Shown here one piece after another: positions 1 through 14,582 of a stretch of DNA of 64,000 bases (within the stretch, counting starts at the first letter, position 1; the number at the start of each line of letters is the position of its first letter). Both the position numbers and the translations under genes were made by a program. This stretch comes from Octopus vulgaris (Eukaryota): positions 41,850,001 through 41,914,000 of the forward strand of contig OX597820.1 of the NCBI GenBank assembly GCA_951406725.2, given 5' to 3'. The notes below the pieces were generated by a model. The model was not told the DNA's origin. It saw only the letters and a program-made list of their open reading frames with translations, and searched no databases.

Positions 1-2066
1 AAGAAGAGCAATGTTCAGCAAATGTGTAACGTTAATATACTATTAGTAAAAATACTTCAAACTCCAGTCAGGAATTTGCTGCAACTTCATCGTTTATAAG
101 AATGTTTTTGACTGTGTGTGGTAAGGGGCAAAATGTTTTATTATGAGACAGAATAACATCAGCCTGCTAATAGCAATTCTTACAGACTTATGAGGACATG
201 CAAGCACACTGCATTGGAAATTCACCAAGTTTTAAGTTTAGATGAAATATGTTCTTTCACCATGAGTTTTCATTTTTATTTCTAGATATCAATGACGAAA
301 TATTTGTGCCTATCAAAGAAAATGTCAAAGTAGAAAACTAAGAAGACTATAAGCTCTCTTATGCGGAAGATTATTGCCTTAACAACACTAAAAAAAGAAC
401 ATTGTTTATATGACAATGTTTATAAGAAAAGGGAGAATGTTTAAAATGCTGAAAACTGAAACTAAATCAAAATATATAATTGAAAACAAAAGGAAAATAC
501 TCACACTTAATTGAAACAGATGGGAAGACGCTTAGATAAAATAATGACTTGAAATATCATAAGTGAATACAGATCTAATTTTGAGGTCATGGAAAAAAAA
601 ATCTTTCAGTAGTACAGCATCTTTAGCAAAGTTACTGTTTTGAAAAATAAAACATTTATAATGACAACAAATAATTCGTTTATTCAAGTGCAATGATAAT
701 TTCTACCGCTTTTTATGGTACGAATCATCGAGGTGAAGTGTTGAAAATGAGAAAAATTATGGTATTTGAAAAGAAATGTTGCATTCAATATACAGAAAAT
801 CAAACTGGAATCATGAAACCGTAGTCTCAATTATAAAACAGCCTAGTCTATTGAAGTTGTAATGGGATTTTAAAAAATACCACTGGTCTGGTATTTTGCA
901 ACATTGAAAAAATTAGGAGAAAGATGGAGGAATATGAAAGGATGATGAAGGGGACACATGGTTGGAGAAGGTGGCATCTCATGCTGGAAACCTCTTCCCC
1001 TTTCAAAGCGAGTTTTGTGAGCAGATTTTCCGATGGCTATCACTATATGATGCCTTGTGGAGAAAGTTGTTATCAACTAACCAATGTGTTCTTAGCAAGT
1101 AATTAGGAAAATGTGGATTTGTTTCGGAAACAAATACACGATCTCTTAGTTAGCTGCAGATATCTAACACCGAATAGCTGACGATTTGAAAGATTTTATA
1201 TTTCAATTTCTTCGAATCAAACAAAGAAACAAATATTGTGGCATTTTATTTCATATAAGAAAGCCTTTATCTGCTTGTAAAATACAGAGCAACATGTAGC
1301 TTTGGAAAACAAATCATATGTGGCATATATGGCATATTTTGCCGGCGCGTAGAATAATTTAATAATTCTAAAAATGCACTGCTAGAACGAATATTTAGAG
1401 AGGTCCCTGTTAGAGGTCACTGTTAAGTGTCACTATAACATTACGATTTGAAAGAAAATTAGGGCCGAATAGTCTAACCTTCCCGTTTTCCTGATTATAT
1501 TCAGCTTACGACAAAGGTTAATCAAGTCTTCATTAAAATCTGTGGCTAAATCAAAGAATAAACAGTCAACTCCGGATCTTGAGAATATATTACTCTTGGC
1601 TTGTTAATATTATTCACGAAGTGTCAAGTAGATTTTTGCCAGGGAAGTACACTGAAAGCTACTGTGGAAAATGGTTCTGCATTTCTAAATAGTTTATTGT
1701 GCTTCTGCGTATAATTTCGTCAAAGATTTGATGTAAGAGATATGGGCTTCTAGTTGCTTACTTTTCATCTAAGGACAATGTTATGAATCAGTATAATATA
1801 ATCAATTCTTTCAGATTTATCAGGACTTTTTAAAATAATTTCTTTCAGTGGAATGATTTCTGATTTCGTCTGAAAGTCACACGTTTCGTAGGAAAGATAC
1901 TTATATGGTGCTTGCAAATGCTCACTATGCAAAATTTACACAATGCGCGTAAACCTCTGTATACACATGCAGATATATACAAACAGGTACCAAGACAACC
2001 ACACACACAAGCGGACATAAATGATATGTATATATATATACATGCATATATATAAATATATATAAA

Positions 2067-2118
2067 ATGGCGGTGCCCCAGCATGGCCACAGCTCAAGAG
2101 CTGAAACTGGAAAACATA
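2067..2118 (+). mobile_element. 3' tail fragment of SINE family A
   Basis: ggcggtgccccagcatggccacag...ctgaaac matches the 3' ends of the longer copies at about 16817-16860, 23441-23490 and 38839-38885. Confidence 0.75.
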
Positions 2119-2258
2119 AACATAAACATAGACCTACATATATATATATATATATATATAGATATATATATATATATATATATAGCACATATATGTATGC
2201 ATGTATATATATATATATGTGTATATATATATACACACACATATATACATATACATAC

Positions 2259-2291
<33 letters not shown>

Positions 2292-2294
2292 TAA

Positions 2295-2353
<59 letters not shown>

Positions 2354-2593
2354 TTTAATTATATATGTGTATATTGATATATATATGTGTGTATGCATCT
2401 GTTAGAAATAATTTACTCAGGGAGATATTTCTGTGTGAAGAAAGTTATCCAACTCCAACTATGTTCTTGTATCTTCAAAGGCAAGTATTCATTTAAATGC
2501 AGCCAGACGCCCACCACACTGCCAGTTACTCGAACGTACAGACAATGTTTCAGATATTCCCAGAAACTTATTATCCAGACTTATTTCTCCACT

Positions 2594-2632
<39 letters not shown>

Positions 2633-2733
2633 GTTTTTCTGTCTGTTTGTTTCTTTCTCATTTTACACACACATGCATATATGTATATATGTGTTGGTGT
2701 ATATATGTGTGTGTGTATTTATGTATGCAAGCT

Positions 2734-2792
<59 letters not shown>

Positions 2793-4859
2793 AAATCCTG
2801 TTACTCATAATTTTTATTTGTATTTAGAAATCAATATATTTCCTCTGGCAAATGCTGATTGGAATTCTCGCCAACGTCAACTCCTATCATTTTCACTCAC
2901 TGTTACTCTTTTTTTTTCCAATCTTGTGCACAGAGACATACATACATACATACTTACATATATACATACAGAAACACGCACAAAAGTCTATATGCACCCA
3001 CACACTCTCATACTCATATGCACACATAACTCACAAACACAGACATATATATGCATGTATGTACTGTATACGTCAATAATAGATATGAATACGGGAATGA
3101 AAGTACATGTTTATTGAATAAGTTCTTTAGACCAATAAATGGCAGCTTTCTATCAGAACATATCAGTTATGCAGCCATATACATACACATACTAACTCGC
3201 TGTTTATATTCGTTTAAAATTTAGGCATATATACGTACTTACTCAAAATCATACGCCGATTCAAATGCACGTATCACAATCAGAATATGCATATACTTCA
3301 CAATATGCATATCTGAGAGTGTTTGTGTATGTATGTATGCATGCATGTATATATGTGCGTGTGTGTGTGCGTATGTGTGTGCGTGTATGTGTATCTACGT
3401 GCGTGCCTGTGTGTGTCCCCAAAATTCTTCGAATGGAAAGATAAATTAGTTCGCGCAAAATATATTTTGAAGTTTCCACTGATATCATTTGAATTTTATG
3501 TTAGAGAATAGATGTATACATCTAGCTGTATACAATGGATTATTTTCTTGGGATACGTTATTAAATACTAAAAAGTCTTTCCGAGCAATGCTCATTGTTA
3601 CACGAAATGACAATATAGAAAATCCCACCATTACTAAATGTAATGACATTCCTCAGGTTTCAACAATTTTAACAAATGTAAAAATCTTGATATGATCTTA
3701 TACAAACCGATGAATCTAAACGTGAACTATTACAGCGTGGTAGACATATTACTGACATAAAAATACTATACAGCTATATTCTACTACTATACTACTATAT
3801 TCATTCTTTAGATTATCCTACTATACTATTAAGTATACTTAGTACTCAAATATCACTATTATCTATAGATTAACAATGATGTTTTATCATCGTTCATTAA
3901 AATACATGACATCATAATTCATTATTTCATATAACACGTAGTGTTAATTTGTTTTAGTGATGACAGAATTCTTTACATATTCTTAAATATACAAGCTAAA
4001 AACTGCGAAGCTTTTCAGTTAAGTAAAATACAAATTATATTAAGTTTGCTGCATTTTATTATGCTTAACTAGCGCCGGTATTCCCTAATGGGATAGGTGC
4101 AACATGAAAATCATATTAATAACCACAATGCATGTATTTCCATGGAGAAGAACCCTGGAACTATATTACTATTAATTTTTCTGTCTAGAATAGCATCTGC
4201 TTGATTCTAGGTTGAACTGCTTTAACTTCAGTCTAATTTTGAAAAACATACTTGTATATTTCTGCAACGTTGTGCGTTCAGACATATAGCCCTTTTATGA
4301 AGGTGGAGTACTAGACTATGTCTATAACTGTCTGTGATGCAATTTTACATGCAAACTAAATAGCATCATCTAAAACCGGAATATCCAGCCATTAAGACAG
4401 TCACACACACACATATGAATAGATGGATAGATAGATATATAAATACATAATTTTTTGTTATTAACAACTAAACCACTATTAGTTCAAAATAGCAATATGT
4501 GCATCATCCATATAACAGAAACATCATTGAAATCCTTATAAACTGCTTTGATGCCTTGAGAAACACACATATATAAAAATCACACATATGTGTCACTGGC
4601 AAGCTAAAATATTTCAGCAACTGATATGTTCTTTTGCTTTTTTAACACTGGACGTCTACGCAAGATAGCTTCTGGAGACGATTACAGCAATTTCTAAGAG
4701 TTTAGCAAAGTTTCTGCTTCAAGTATGATACATAGATTTCTTTCTCTCTTTCTTCTTCCCTCTCTCTCTCTCTCTCTCCCTTTTTTCGTTCTCCCGATAT
4801 ATGTGTGTGTGACTGTGTGTCGGTGTAAGTATGTATGTGAATGTAAGTAATGTTGCGCG

Positions 4860-5075
4860 TCCGTTGATTCATAGTACAGGTGACCCAGATTCCATGACGT
4901 ATAAGTGACCGAGGTAAGAAGTGAGTCCCTAAATTGGACGCCAGTGCTTCTGGAGCGTAACTCAAAACTGAGAGAACAGTAGTAATGTGAAATAAAGAGT
5001 TTTGCTCAAGAACACGACGTACTAGCCGCTCCCTAAATCGAAACCACGATCTTACATCCTAACCACCAGAACACG
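4860..5075 (-). mobile_element. Degenerate tRNA-derived SINE (possible V-domain-like core)
   Basis: Minus strand reads tggtggttagg...gtggtttcgatt (A/B-box-like), then gtgttcttgagcaaaac and actggcgtccaatttaggg, which resembles the V-SINE core as recalled; not aligned. Confidence 0.4.
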
Positions 5076-5093
5076 CTCATTAACACACACACA

Positions 5094-5136
<43 letters not shown>

Positions 5137-5287
5137 ACACACACACAAACACACGCAAACAAACAAACAGACACGCAGAGAAAAATTCAGATTTTACACT
5201 GACCACTGCTACAATGTATTCAACAGACGTACTGAAATAAGTACACTAAACAGAATACAGGTAAGCAGAGGGGTACTCATTTCCATT

Positions 5288-5424
<137 letters not shown>

Positions 5425-6007
5425 GCATACATATATGTATACGTACATTCGGGTTGGTGTTATTGTTACTAAAATTAGAATGAATACGAAGACGTAAATG
5501 CTGGTACTAGTGATGATAAAAGTTAGTGGTAATAATGGAGGTGGTTGAAAGGGTGGCAGTGATAGTGGTTGAACAATATGTCTTTCCATAATATTAGCTA
5601 AAAATGCTCCCAGGGTCGTAATTTCAATAGCGTAGCAATCACGAGTTTCTTTAAGATTACATTAGACTTTATGAAGTCTGATATGTTTGTTATTTTTCGC
5701 TGTTCATTGCATCTGCAATTACCGTTTCCTTAAGAATTATCTTATATTCATGAACTACAGTATATTATTGTACACATGGGAGAACGATGGAAAGAGAAAG
5801 TGTAACAAAACAGGGGGGGTTGTTGAAGAGCGCGATATATTGGAATAGAGAATAGGAATAAGAAACGGAGTGGGGTTGGGGTAATGGGAACGAGAGAGAA
5901 ATATATGTACAGGTAAATAGGGTTATGTGTAGACATAGTAGAATTATGTACATAAGCATCCACCCACATATACAATATATATACACACATACACACAGAC
6001 ACATATA

Positions 6008-6067
<60 letters not shown>

Positions 6068-6137
6068 CACACACATATATATGTATATGTACATATTTAT
6101 GCTTGTATAAATGTGGATCTACATAGAAGTGTATGCA

Positions 6138-6168
<31 letters not shown>

Positions 6169-6619
6169 ATGTGTGTGTATGTGTGTGTACGGGTGTATGT
6201 GCTTGTGTAGTCTTTACATCGTACTTTGAACTCGTCTAGAGAAAAATAGATATGATATACACATTGCAACAGACATGGAAAAGCTCTGCTAATTTAAGTA
6301 AGAACTGAGAAAACACAAAATTTGGTTCTCTCTCTCTCTCTCACACACACGCACACCTATATACATAGATATATATACGTGTATGTGTGTGTAAGCATAA
6401 GCATAGATACATACATACAAACATATATATGTATCAATAATGATGTATATTCTGAAAATGATTTGGATGCAGCGAACATATAATTAGGAACAAGATATCA
6501 GTATTTTCATACATAAATACAAACATAGCTTTGCATCCGCGTGGAGCATTTATACACTGATAAGTATTTATAAATTTTGGCAAACCATATGTGTATATTT
6601 ATTTATGAAAGCATATATG

Positions 6620-6653
<34 letters not shown>

Positions 6654-6691
6654 TGTATGTATGTATGTATGTATGTATGTATGTATGTATG

Positions 6692-6788
<97 letters not shown>

Positions 6789-7846
6789 TTATATATATAT
6801 ATATAGATATACATACACATACACATATACACACTCTCATCCACTCACGAACATATGCAAACACAGAATCTGAAAAGTAAAAGGTATGTAAAAGCCTTAA
6901 CAAGGCAAAAGAAATAAATGTATATTTATATTTTTAAATTTTCGATTTAAAGAATTGAATTTCAAAAGAGTATTATTTTAAATAACTGCCTGTATTTAAC
7001 TCGAAAGTGCAAATGATATTCTGTTTTGCTGTAAAAACAACGAAGAAGGTAATAGTCTACGGCATCGCTGCATCAGCCCATCGGTTGACCAAATGTTCAA
7101 AAGTCATAGAATACAATTTATACGACTTATATAATATAATGATATATAATATATAGACATGTATACATACAATCACACACGCACCCTCACATGCACGCAC
7201 GTATGCACACATCTATAAATGCACACAAATATATGTATTTATTTACTATCACATTGATGTATATGACGTTGAGAAACTTCATGTTCCTCAGTTGAGTGGT
7301 ATTACTATTTTTGAATAGGTGTAAACACTTCAAATGTCGAAAAAATTTTTGTTTACAATTTATTGGATCTAAGAATACAATTTTTAATTCTGTTTAGTAT
7401 TTTCATAATATTTCCTTTTTTCTTTCTTTCATTATTTATTGTTAAATAGACTAAACTCATAAACGTGGCGCTGTAAAACAAGGTGTCTGACGATTGCTCG
7501 AAATTCAAGTACTTTCACCCGACCAAACGAAAAATACAGGTAAGATCCGAAATGCATGAAACTGCTTGTGAAATTAAGTAAACAATACAATCACTGCTGC
7601 TATTGCCAACAGCACATACAAAAGAAACCATTCCAGTACATAACACAATCTATCGTGAAAACGCACCCTGTAATCAATATTATCTGACTGTGACAAATAT
7701 TTCATTGTTGAACTTCCATCGAATAGGTCTTAATATTCTTATTACTTGCGTTACTTCGGACACTTTGTTGTTGCTACAGCTTCCTATATTACTACTGCTA
7801 TATCATTGGGAGAGCCTTTGTGTTCGTCAAGTTATATTCAGTATAA

Positions 7847-7904
<58 letters not shown>

Positions 7905-7907
7905 CTA

Positions 7908-8070
7908 TTTTTTTTGTTCTTTTCTTCCCTTTTACGATCCCTCTTGATCGAAAACCTACGCCACCCCTTTTTTTTCTTTTGTTTTTTGTTTTTTTCATCC
8001 CCCAAAAGAAAAGCTCTACCTTGTAACTTGTCCCATCTGTGTGCAGCCCTACGTGGCCAATAAAGAAACT
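7908..8070 (+). mobile_element. L1/Tx1-type LINE, 3' terminal ~160 bp only (copy A)
   Basis: Near-identical to about 9068-9230 (ttttacgatccctcttgatcgaaaacctacgcc...gtggccaataaagaaac); preceded by (TATC)n, followed by (TA)n. Confidence 0.85.
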
Positions 8071-8158
8071 TATATATATATATATATATATATATCGATC
8101 TGTCTGTATGTCTGCCTTGCTGTCTGTTTGCCTATCTGACTGTCTGTTGTCTATCTTT

Positions 8159-8252
<94 letters not shown>

Positions 8253-8786
8253 GGCCAGGGCCCATGGACAACTTCCAGAGATCCCTGGCCTGGCAGTGCT
8301 ACCGAGAAGCGCTACCCATTCGGGATAAGCTCTACAGACACGGCTCGAGAAACACGGGGCCGACCTGCCCGAGATGCGGTCAGAGCGACGAAACCGTTCT
8401 GCACGCACCCGTGCAGTGTCCAACAATTTCCGACCTGTGGGCTTATGTCGAACAACTGCTGTCACGTGTGGGACGAGTCGGTTTATCAGCTGAGTCTATC
8501 GTCAATATTGCCACGCCTCTTTCCTTCAAACGGGAAGGAAGAGCTATTTTCATCATCCTTGTGGCTATGGCGAAAGAATGTATCTGTTGGATGCGTCTGA
8601 AAGGATTGGAGACAAACACTTTCCTCTCTGGTCAATCTCTCATTCAACTTATTCAAGTACCACTTGAAAAGGAAAGTGAGAGTAGAGAGGCAAGTTTTGT
8701 CTAGCGAATGTTTTAAAAAAAGATGGGTGAATGTAGCAAGGATGGCACGTATGAATGACGAAGCCACCTTGAGCATAATCCTATGA
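8253..8786 (+). pseudogene. LINE ORF2 C-terminal fragment (zf-RVT, CCHC) with one frameshift
   Basis: WPGPMDNFQRSLAWQCYREALPIRDKLYRHG...CPRC...ETVLHAPVQC...LSGQSLI, then an extra T near 8644 (absent in copy C at 53242), then NLFKYHLKRKVRVERQVLSSECFKKRWVNVARMARMNDEATLSIIL*. Confidence 0.85.
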
Positions 8787-9230
8787 ACCCAGAAATTGAA
8801 AACAGAGGGTTACCCACTTGCAAACAAATGTGGTAACATATAGCAATATTGACCAAGTTTACCGTGGTCTTTTTCGTAGGCTTTTCTTCCCACGGATAAA
8901 CCTTACTTGCTTTCCCCTTTACACCATATATCATACATATATCATACACGATCCCTATTGATCGTTCTTTTTTTTCCTCTTCCCCTTTTTTCTTCTTTTT
9001 TCATTTCTCTTTCCTTTTGTTCCTTTTCCTTTTCTTTTTTTCTTTTTATTCTTTTTATTTTATTCAATTTTTTTTTGTTCTTTTCTTCCCTTTTACGATC
9101 CCTCTTGATCGAAAACCTACGCCACCCCCTTTTTTTCTTTTGTTTTTTGTTCTCTTCATCCCCCAAAAGAAAAGCTCTACCTTGTAACCTGTCCCATCTG
9201 TGTGCAGCCCTGTGTGGCCAATAAAGAAAC
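8253..9230 (+). mobile_element. 5'-truncated L1/Tx1-type LINE (copy B): ORF2 C-terminus, T-rich 3'UTR, AATAAA end
   Basis: Encodes a zf-RVT-like knuckle (LPIRDKL...CPRCGQSDETVLHAPVQC...W); ends aataaagaaac; flanked on both sides by TATC repeats. Confidence 0.88.
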
Positions 9231-10084
9231 TTATCTATCTATTTTCTATTTGTCTATCTGTCTATCTGTCTTTCTCTGTGTATGTGTGTGTATCTATCTA
9301 ACTATCTACCCATTCTTATCCACCTATCATTTTGCTAGCTACCTCTCCGTCTGTTTCTCTCTGTCTCTCTCTGACTCACTCACTCACTCACTCACTCAAT
9401 ACTCTCCACACTTATATATTGCTGTATATGCTTATGCATGTATATGCATGTGGATGGGTTAAAATAACCTTACGAAACTGAGTGGACCAACTCAACTCTG
9501 TTGTAGATTTAAGTAGTGAATTCTTTATTGCTACCTTTTAACAATTGTTTCTGCTTTTACATTTCGCGATTCAAATGCACAACTCGAAAACCCTTACATC
9601 CGTAGTATATACATGAAAAACATACGTGGTGCTGATTATTTAGAATAATATATCCTACATTAAACACCTTGATTGGAGTAAGGAAAGGGTTTGAACTCAC
9701 CAACATACAGTTCCCATGCATTAACCACATAGTCACTCCCAGGCACACATAAATGCACTCAAGCACTGACATGAGCATATGTATGCACTTTTCAAAGAAA
9801 GCACCTATCACTCTTTCGTTCCCAAACATTGTTCCCCCTATAAAGTTCTCTTTACGCAACTTACCTCGTCGTTCACTCGTCTCTCCTGCACTTTGGTTTT
9901 CTGTCTATCAATACATCAACATAGTATTTAAATATTTATTTATTGTTTATTTATATATTCATTCAATTTGGTTTTCTCAATATGTGCTTATATTACGCCA
10001 TTTTTATTTTCGTGCATCTTCCTCACTTCCCCAGGCTGCTTTCATTTATTCCCAGCCTATCTATCTACCTACCTACCAACCTAC

Positions 10085-10176
<92 letters not shown>

Positions 10177-10370
10177 TTATCTATCTATCTATCTGTCTAT
10201 CTATCTATATTGATGTAGATATGTGTATATGTATGTGTATGTATATATATATATATATATCGGTGTGTGTATATGTATATATGTATGTATATATATATAT
10301 GTATCTATATACATATACCTGCATATATATGTATATTAATAATCATATGCATATACGTATGTATATATAC

Positions 10371-10425
<55 letters not shown>

Positions 10426-10493
10426 TTTATACTCGTACACGCATATACATGTGTATATGTGTATGGACATATTTAAACATATACATGTAATAA

Positions 10494-10640
<147 letters not shown>

Positions 10641-10905
10641 TAATATATTTCTCTTTGCTAAACGCCATTTTTTTAAAAAACCAGATGAAGCGTCTTACTA
10701 TATTATACCTTCGCAATAATTTTAATATATTTTTTCTTTATCTCAAGATTATTTTCTAGCAAAGTAATTACCCATGGGACGGTTTACTCTAAATGGGTCT
10801 CATAGTGACAGACGGTTCATATTATTAAATTCCTAAATTCCGCGCAAAATAACAAACACGTATTCACATATAGACATTCTCAATTGGAGTTGCACACAGA
10901 GACAC

Positions 10906-11020
<115 letters not shown>

Positions 11021-11314
11021 CCTATCTCTCTATAATGGGAGTTCGTGCCTATAATTGGTGTGTTTCTCTATTTGAAAGTAAATGAATGTACGGATTGGAT
11101 TGAAAATATGAGTGAACTAATGGAAATTCTTGTTTCAAATCCATTCGCTACTTTCGATATAACTAATATGTATACGCGCCCAGACATTCATTCAAAAAGA
11201 CATTCACAAACACATATACATGTATGTATATATGTATGTATGTATAAATGTATGTATGTATGTATGTATTATGTATTATGTAAGTATGTACGTATGCATG
11301 CATGCATCTATCTA

Positions 11315-11402
<88 letters not shown>

Positions 11403-12284
11403 CCTATCAATCTATCTATCTATCAATCTATCTATCTATCTCTCATTTTGTTGAGAAGCAAAATTCTTATCACGATATATATACTTATGATTTGAAGGAG
11501 TCTACTATCGGTCTGAGTCGAGAAAAAATGTATTCATTGACAAAGTTCAAACATTTTTGTTATTTTCGCGTACCATTCGGAGAAGATGCTGGACTGACAT
11601 AAATTTCCATTCGGTTTCTCAGTAACATAGAGTATAAACAATGAATAAAAAATCAGTATCACTTGCATTGTTTTACTTACAAAACATTGACGCTCCCTAG
11701 ATCACGGATTCAGCCCACATTTTTCTCCCAGTTGCGTTTTCCTCACATAACTCACCTCTACCTACATAAATTATAGCAAATGACATACCGACCAAAAAAT
11801 TTTCAACACGTACTAAATACCCTAAATTATCAGCTACACACCTATCAATATCTGTACCGTACGCACAATCTTTGACGCTGTCTATCTTGGTGAAAGAGAT
11901 CGTCATTCAGATGAGCGTTTTTACGAGTACTTTTGCTGCATCCTTCACCACACCCGGAGTAACCTGCATCCTATTACAACACACCTTGCCACTCCGTTAA
12001 TCCCATTTTGATATCTGTCTTTTCTGTCCGTCAGGGAACGTCACATTATCGAAGAACACATATTTTCTACCGGAAACACCAGTTAAATTTTTCTCATCTC
12101 AATCTGTATCACCTATTTTTATCTAAGCCAGTTTGTTAGACACATAAAAATGCTTTCACCTTTATTTTTTTTTACTTTACATTCTCCAAATTGTTATATT
12201 TTCATTTGTACATAAAATAGGTATGATCGAGGTATTCCAACAAAACCTGTAATAAAAAACAGAATAATCCTTTCAATTTTGACT

Positions 12285-12460
12285 CACAAGATCAGCCATT
12301 TTGTGAGCAGAGTGTTAGTCGATTACATCGATCCATGAATACTTTACATATTTTAACGATCCAGAAAGGATGAAAAGCACAACTGACTACGGAGGGCTCT
12401 GAAATTCGAACATATAAAGTCAAAAGTACCACTGACGTTCTAGTGATTGCACTGCGCTCA
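12285..12460 (-). mobile_element. Degenerate SINE family B (tRNA head plus Meta-like core)
   Basis: agtcgattacatcga...gaaaggatgaaaagcac...gaaattcgaac matches the copies at 17845-18060, 42618-42822 and 49065-49268. Confidence 0.65.
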
Positions 12461-13086
12461 TCCTCATCATCACTATCATTTGGTCATTCAAATTTGTATT
12501 TGAAGCTGAAATGAGCAAAAGCTCTCGAATTCTCTTTGGCTGTTTCTCAAATCTGTTCTCTACGCGAATATATACTTCCTTTAACACACACACACACACA
12601 TATGTATGTATGTATGTAATATGCATCTATGACAATGGCTGTGTTATTTTATAATCAGAAATGTCACTCACACCTTTATTGTTTATTCAAAGAGGCAGCT
12701 TATTTGCGTCAAGATGTTGACATTTATTTTGTAATATCTTTGATTTAACGGTTTCTAATATAGTCTACATTATATTTTCCGTTTGGGAATAGTCAAACAT
12801 ACACATTTAAATACACATGTATGTGTGTGTGTGTATGTGGCTGTGTATGTGTTTGTGTGTGTGTGTGCGTGTTTTTCTATATATAACATACTCCATTTTT
12901 TAACTGTATCGAAGTAAAATGTCCCCCGTCTGCCGATATACAATTATACTAAATATTCTGATGGTGTCACTTTGGCATTTGCTTTTTCTTTCCTTGTTGA
13001 AATATGCCAAATCTTTTCTTCCACAAAACAAACGAGTGCATAACTATAATGTTGTTACATAGGTGGTAGTAGCAAAAAATTTACAA

Positions 13087-13175
13087 ACTTACCCATATGT
13101 TTCAGGTTTGAACCGTTTAGTAAGAAAAATAAATCAACTCTGCAGTGACTTACCTGAAAAATAAAGGAAACACTT
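13087..13175 (-). other. Candidate recursive splice site (polypyrimidine-CAG|GTAAGT) with 61-nt RS-exon and downstream 5' splice site
   Basis: Minus strand tttcctttatttttcag|gtaagt (junction 13154/13153); second donor atgg|gtaagt after position 13093. Confidence 0.45.
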
Positions 13176-13571
13176 CAATAGTATGGTTGTAAAAATGTGA
13201 AAAATAATATACAGAGTAAATGAAAAGAAGAAATTGAGAGTCAGATGGTTGCTCATAAACATATGCGTAAAAGCAAGAATAAACACCACGCACATACACA
13301 CACACACACACGTATACACGCACAGACATAAATGCATAAATATACCCAGGCACTAAGCACGCTGTCGTAAATAGAATACTTGCCCATAAAAGAATAACTC
13401 TACAACACTTGAACGATTTTTCGGTATCTCACAAAACTTTCTGTACAATTTTTCAACGTCATCTACAGCATCACGGCCTAAATCTGAAGTGCTATTTGTG
13501 GCTGTATAACAGGCAGCAGACTTGATGAATACTTGTAAAGTATATATACGTAGTATTCTGCTGTGATTACT

Positions 13572-13884
13572 GCATGGTTTAGTCATTAGGGTGTTCGGCT
13601 AACAAACGTAAGGTCGTCAGTTCAATTCCCGCCAACGCGTTGTGTCTTTGTGCAAGATAGTTCATCTCAAGTTGCTCCAGTTCACTCAGCTGGCAAAAGT
13701 GAGGACTTGTGCTTCAAAAGGCAAGCTTCGTTACACTCTGAGTCGCGCCGAATCTCCCTGAGAACTGCGTTAAAGGTACACGTTTCTTTGGAGTGCTCAG
13801 CCACTTGCATGTTAATTTCACGTGCAGGCGATTCCGTTGATCGACTCAACTGGTTCTCTCGTCGTCGTAACTGACGGAGTGCCA
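13572..13884 (+). mobile_element. SINE family C (tRNA head, Deu/Nin-like core), near full length
   Basis: A-box-like tggtttagtcattagg, B-box-like cagttcaattccc, core gttgctccagttcactcagctg; 3' part ccacttgcatgttaatttcac..gcagg..gttgatcg is shared with about 35165-35210. Confidence 0.7.
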
Positions 13885-14440
13885 CTATTCTACTACGTAT
13901 GCGAGGCCAATCTTTCACCACACAGTACAACGCATCGGACGAATCCATTACACATCTATCATTGTCCGGAATCTATGCAATCAGTAGATCATAGAATTTG
14001 AAGGAAGCATAAGGAACAAAGTGACATAACAATCTGAAACATAGTTCTGACGAGTTTAAATTAACACCTATTCATTTTCTTCTACACTCCCTTCATACTG
14101 CAATACGAAATTTAACGTCTTACATCTTCTCGTCCTAATTTTCGATTCACCACTTACATCTCTTGGCCTTTTTTTCTTTCTCTCTTTTGCTCCTCTGTCT
14201 ATGTTTGTTCCGTATCTCAGGGTGTGATTCTGTCTATATCCTGTCTATATATGCACTTGATGTAGTTTCACCTTTCTCACCAGTTGCTTTGCCAATCACT
14301 ATGATATAAAAGCCGTAACACATATTTTCCTACTTAATTCTATTTAATTTGTAACTTTCAGAAAATTTTATCTGAATCTGTATGTGCAGGTATATATATA
14401 TATGTATGTATATATGGATATATATGTATATATGTATGTA

Positions 14441-14509
<69 letters not shown>

Positions 14510-14529
14510 GTTTATTCATATGTATATAC

Positions 14530-14579
<50 letters not shown>

Positions 14580-14582
<3 letters not shown>

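Noticed and set aside
1770-1866. PDKSERIDYIIL resembling the anoctamin N-terminal RIDY motif
   Set aside because: Four-residue match followed by stops in the frames checked; no convincing splice sites.
13353-13586. 77-aa minus-strand ORF (DLGRDAVDDVEKLYRKFCEIP...) as a coding exon
   Set aside because: No recognisable domain, weak splice sites, and its start overlaps a SINE head.
13572-13640. tRNA genes at A/B-box-like sequences (also 17780, 23140, 54294)
   Set aside because: No cloverleaf evident; these are SINE heads continuous with SINE bodies.
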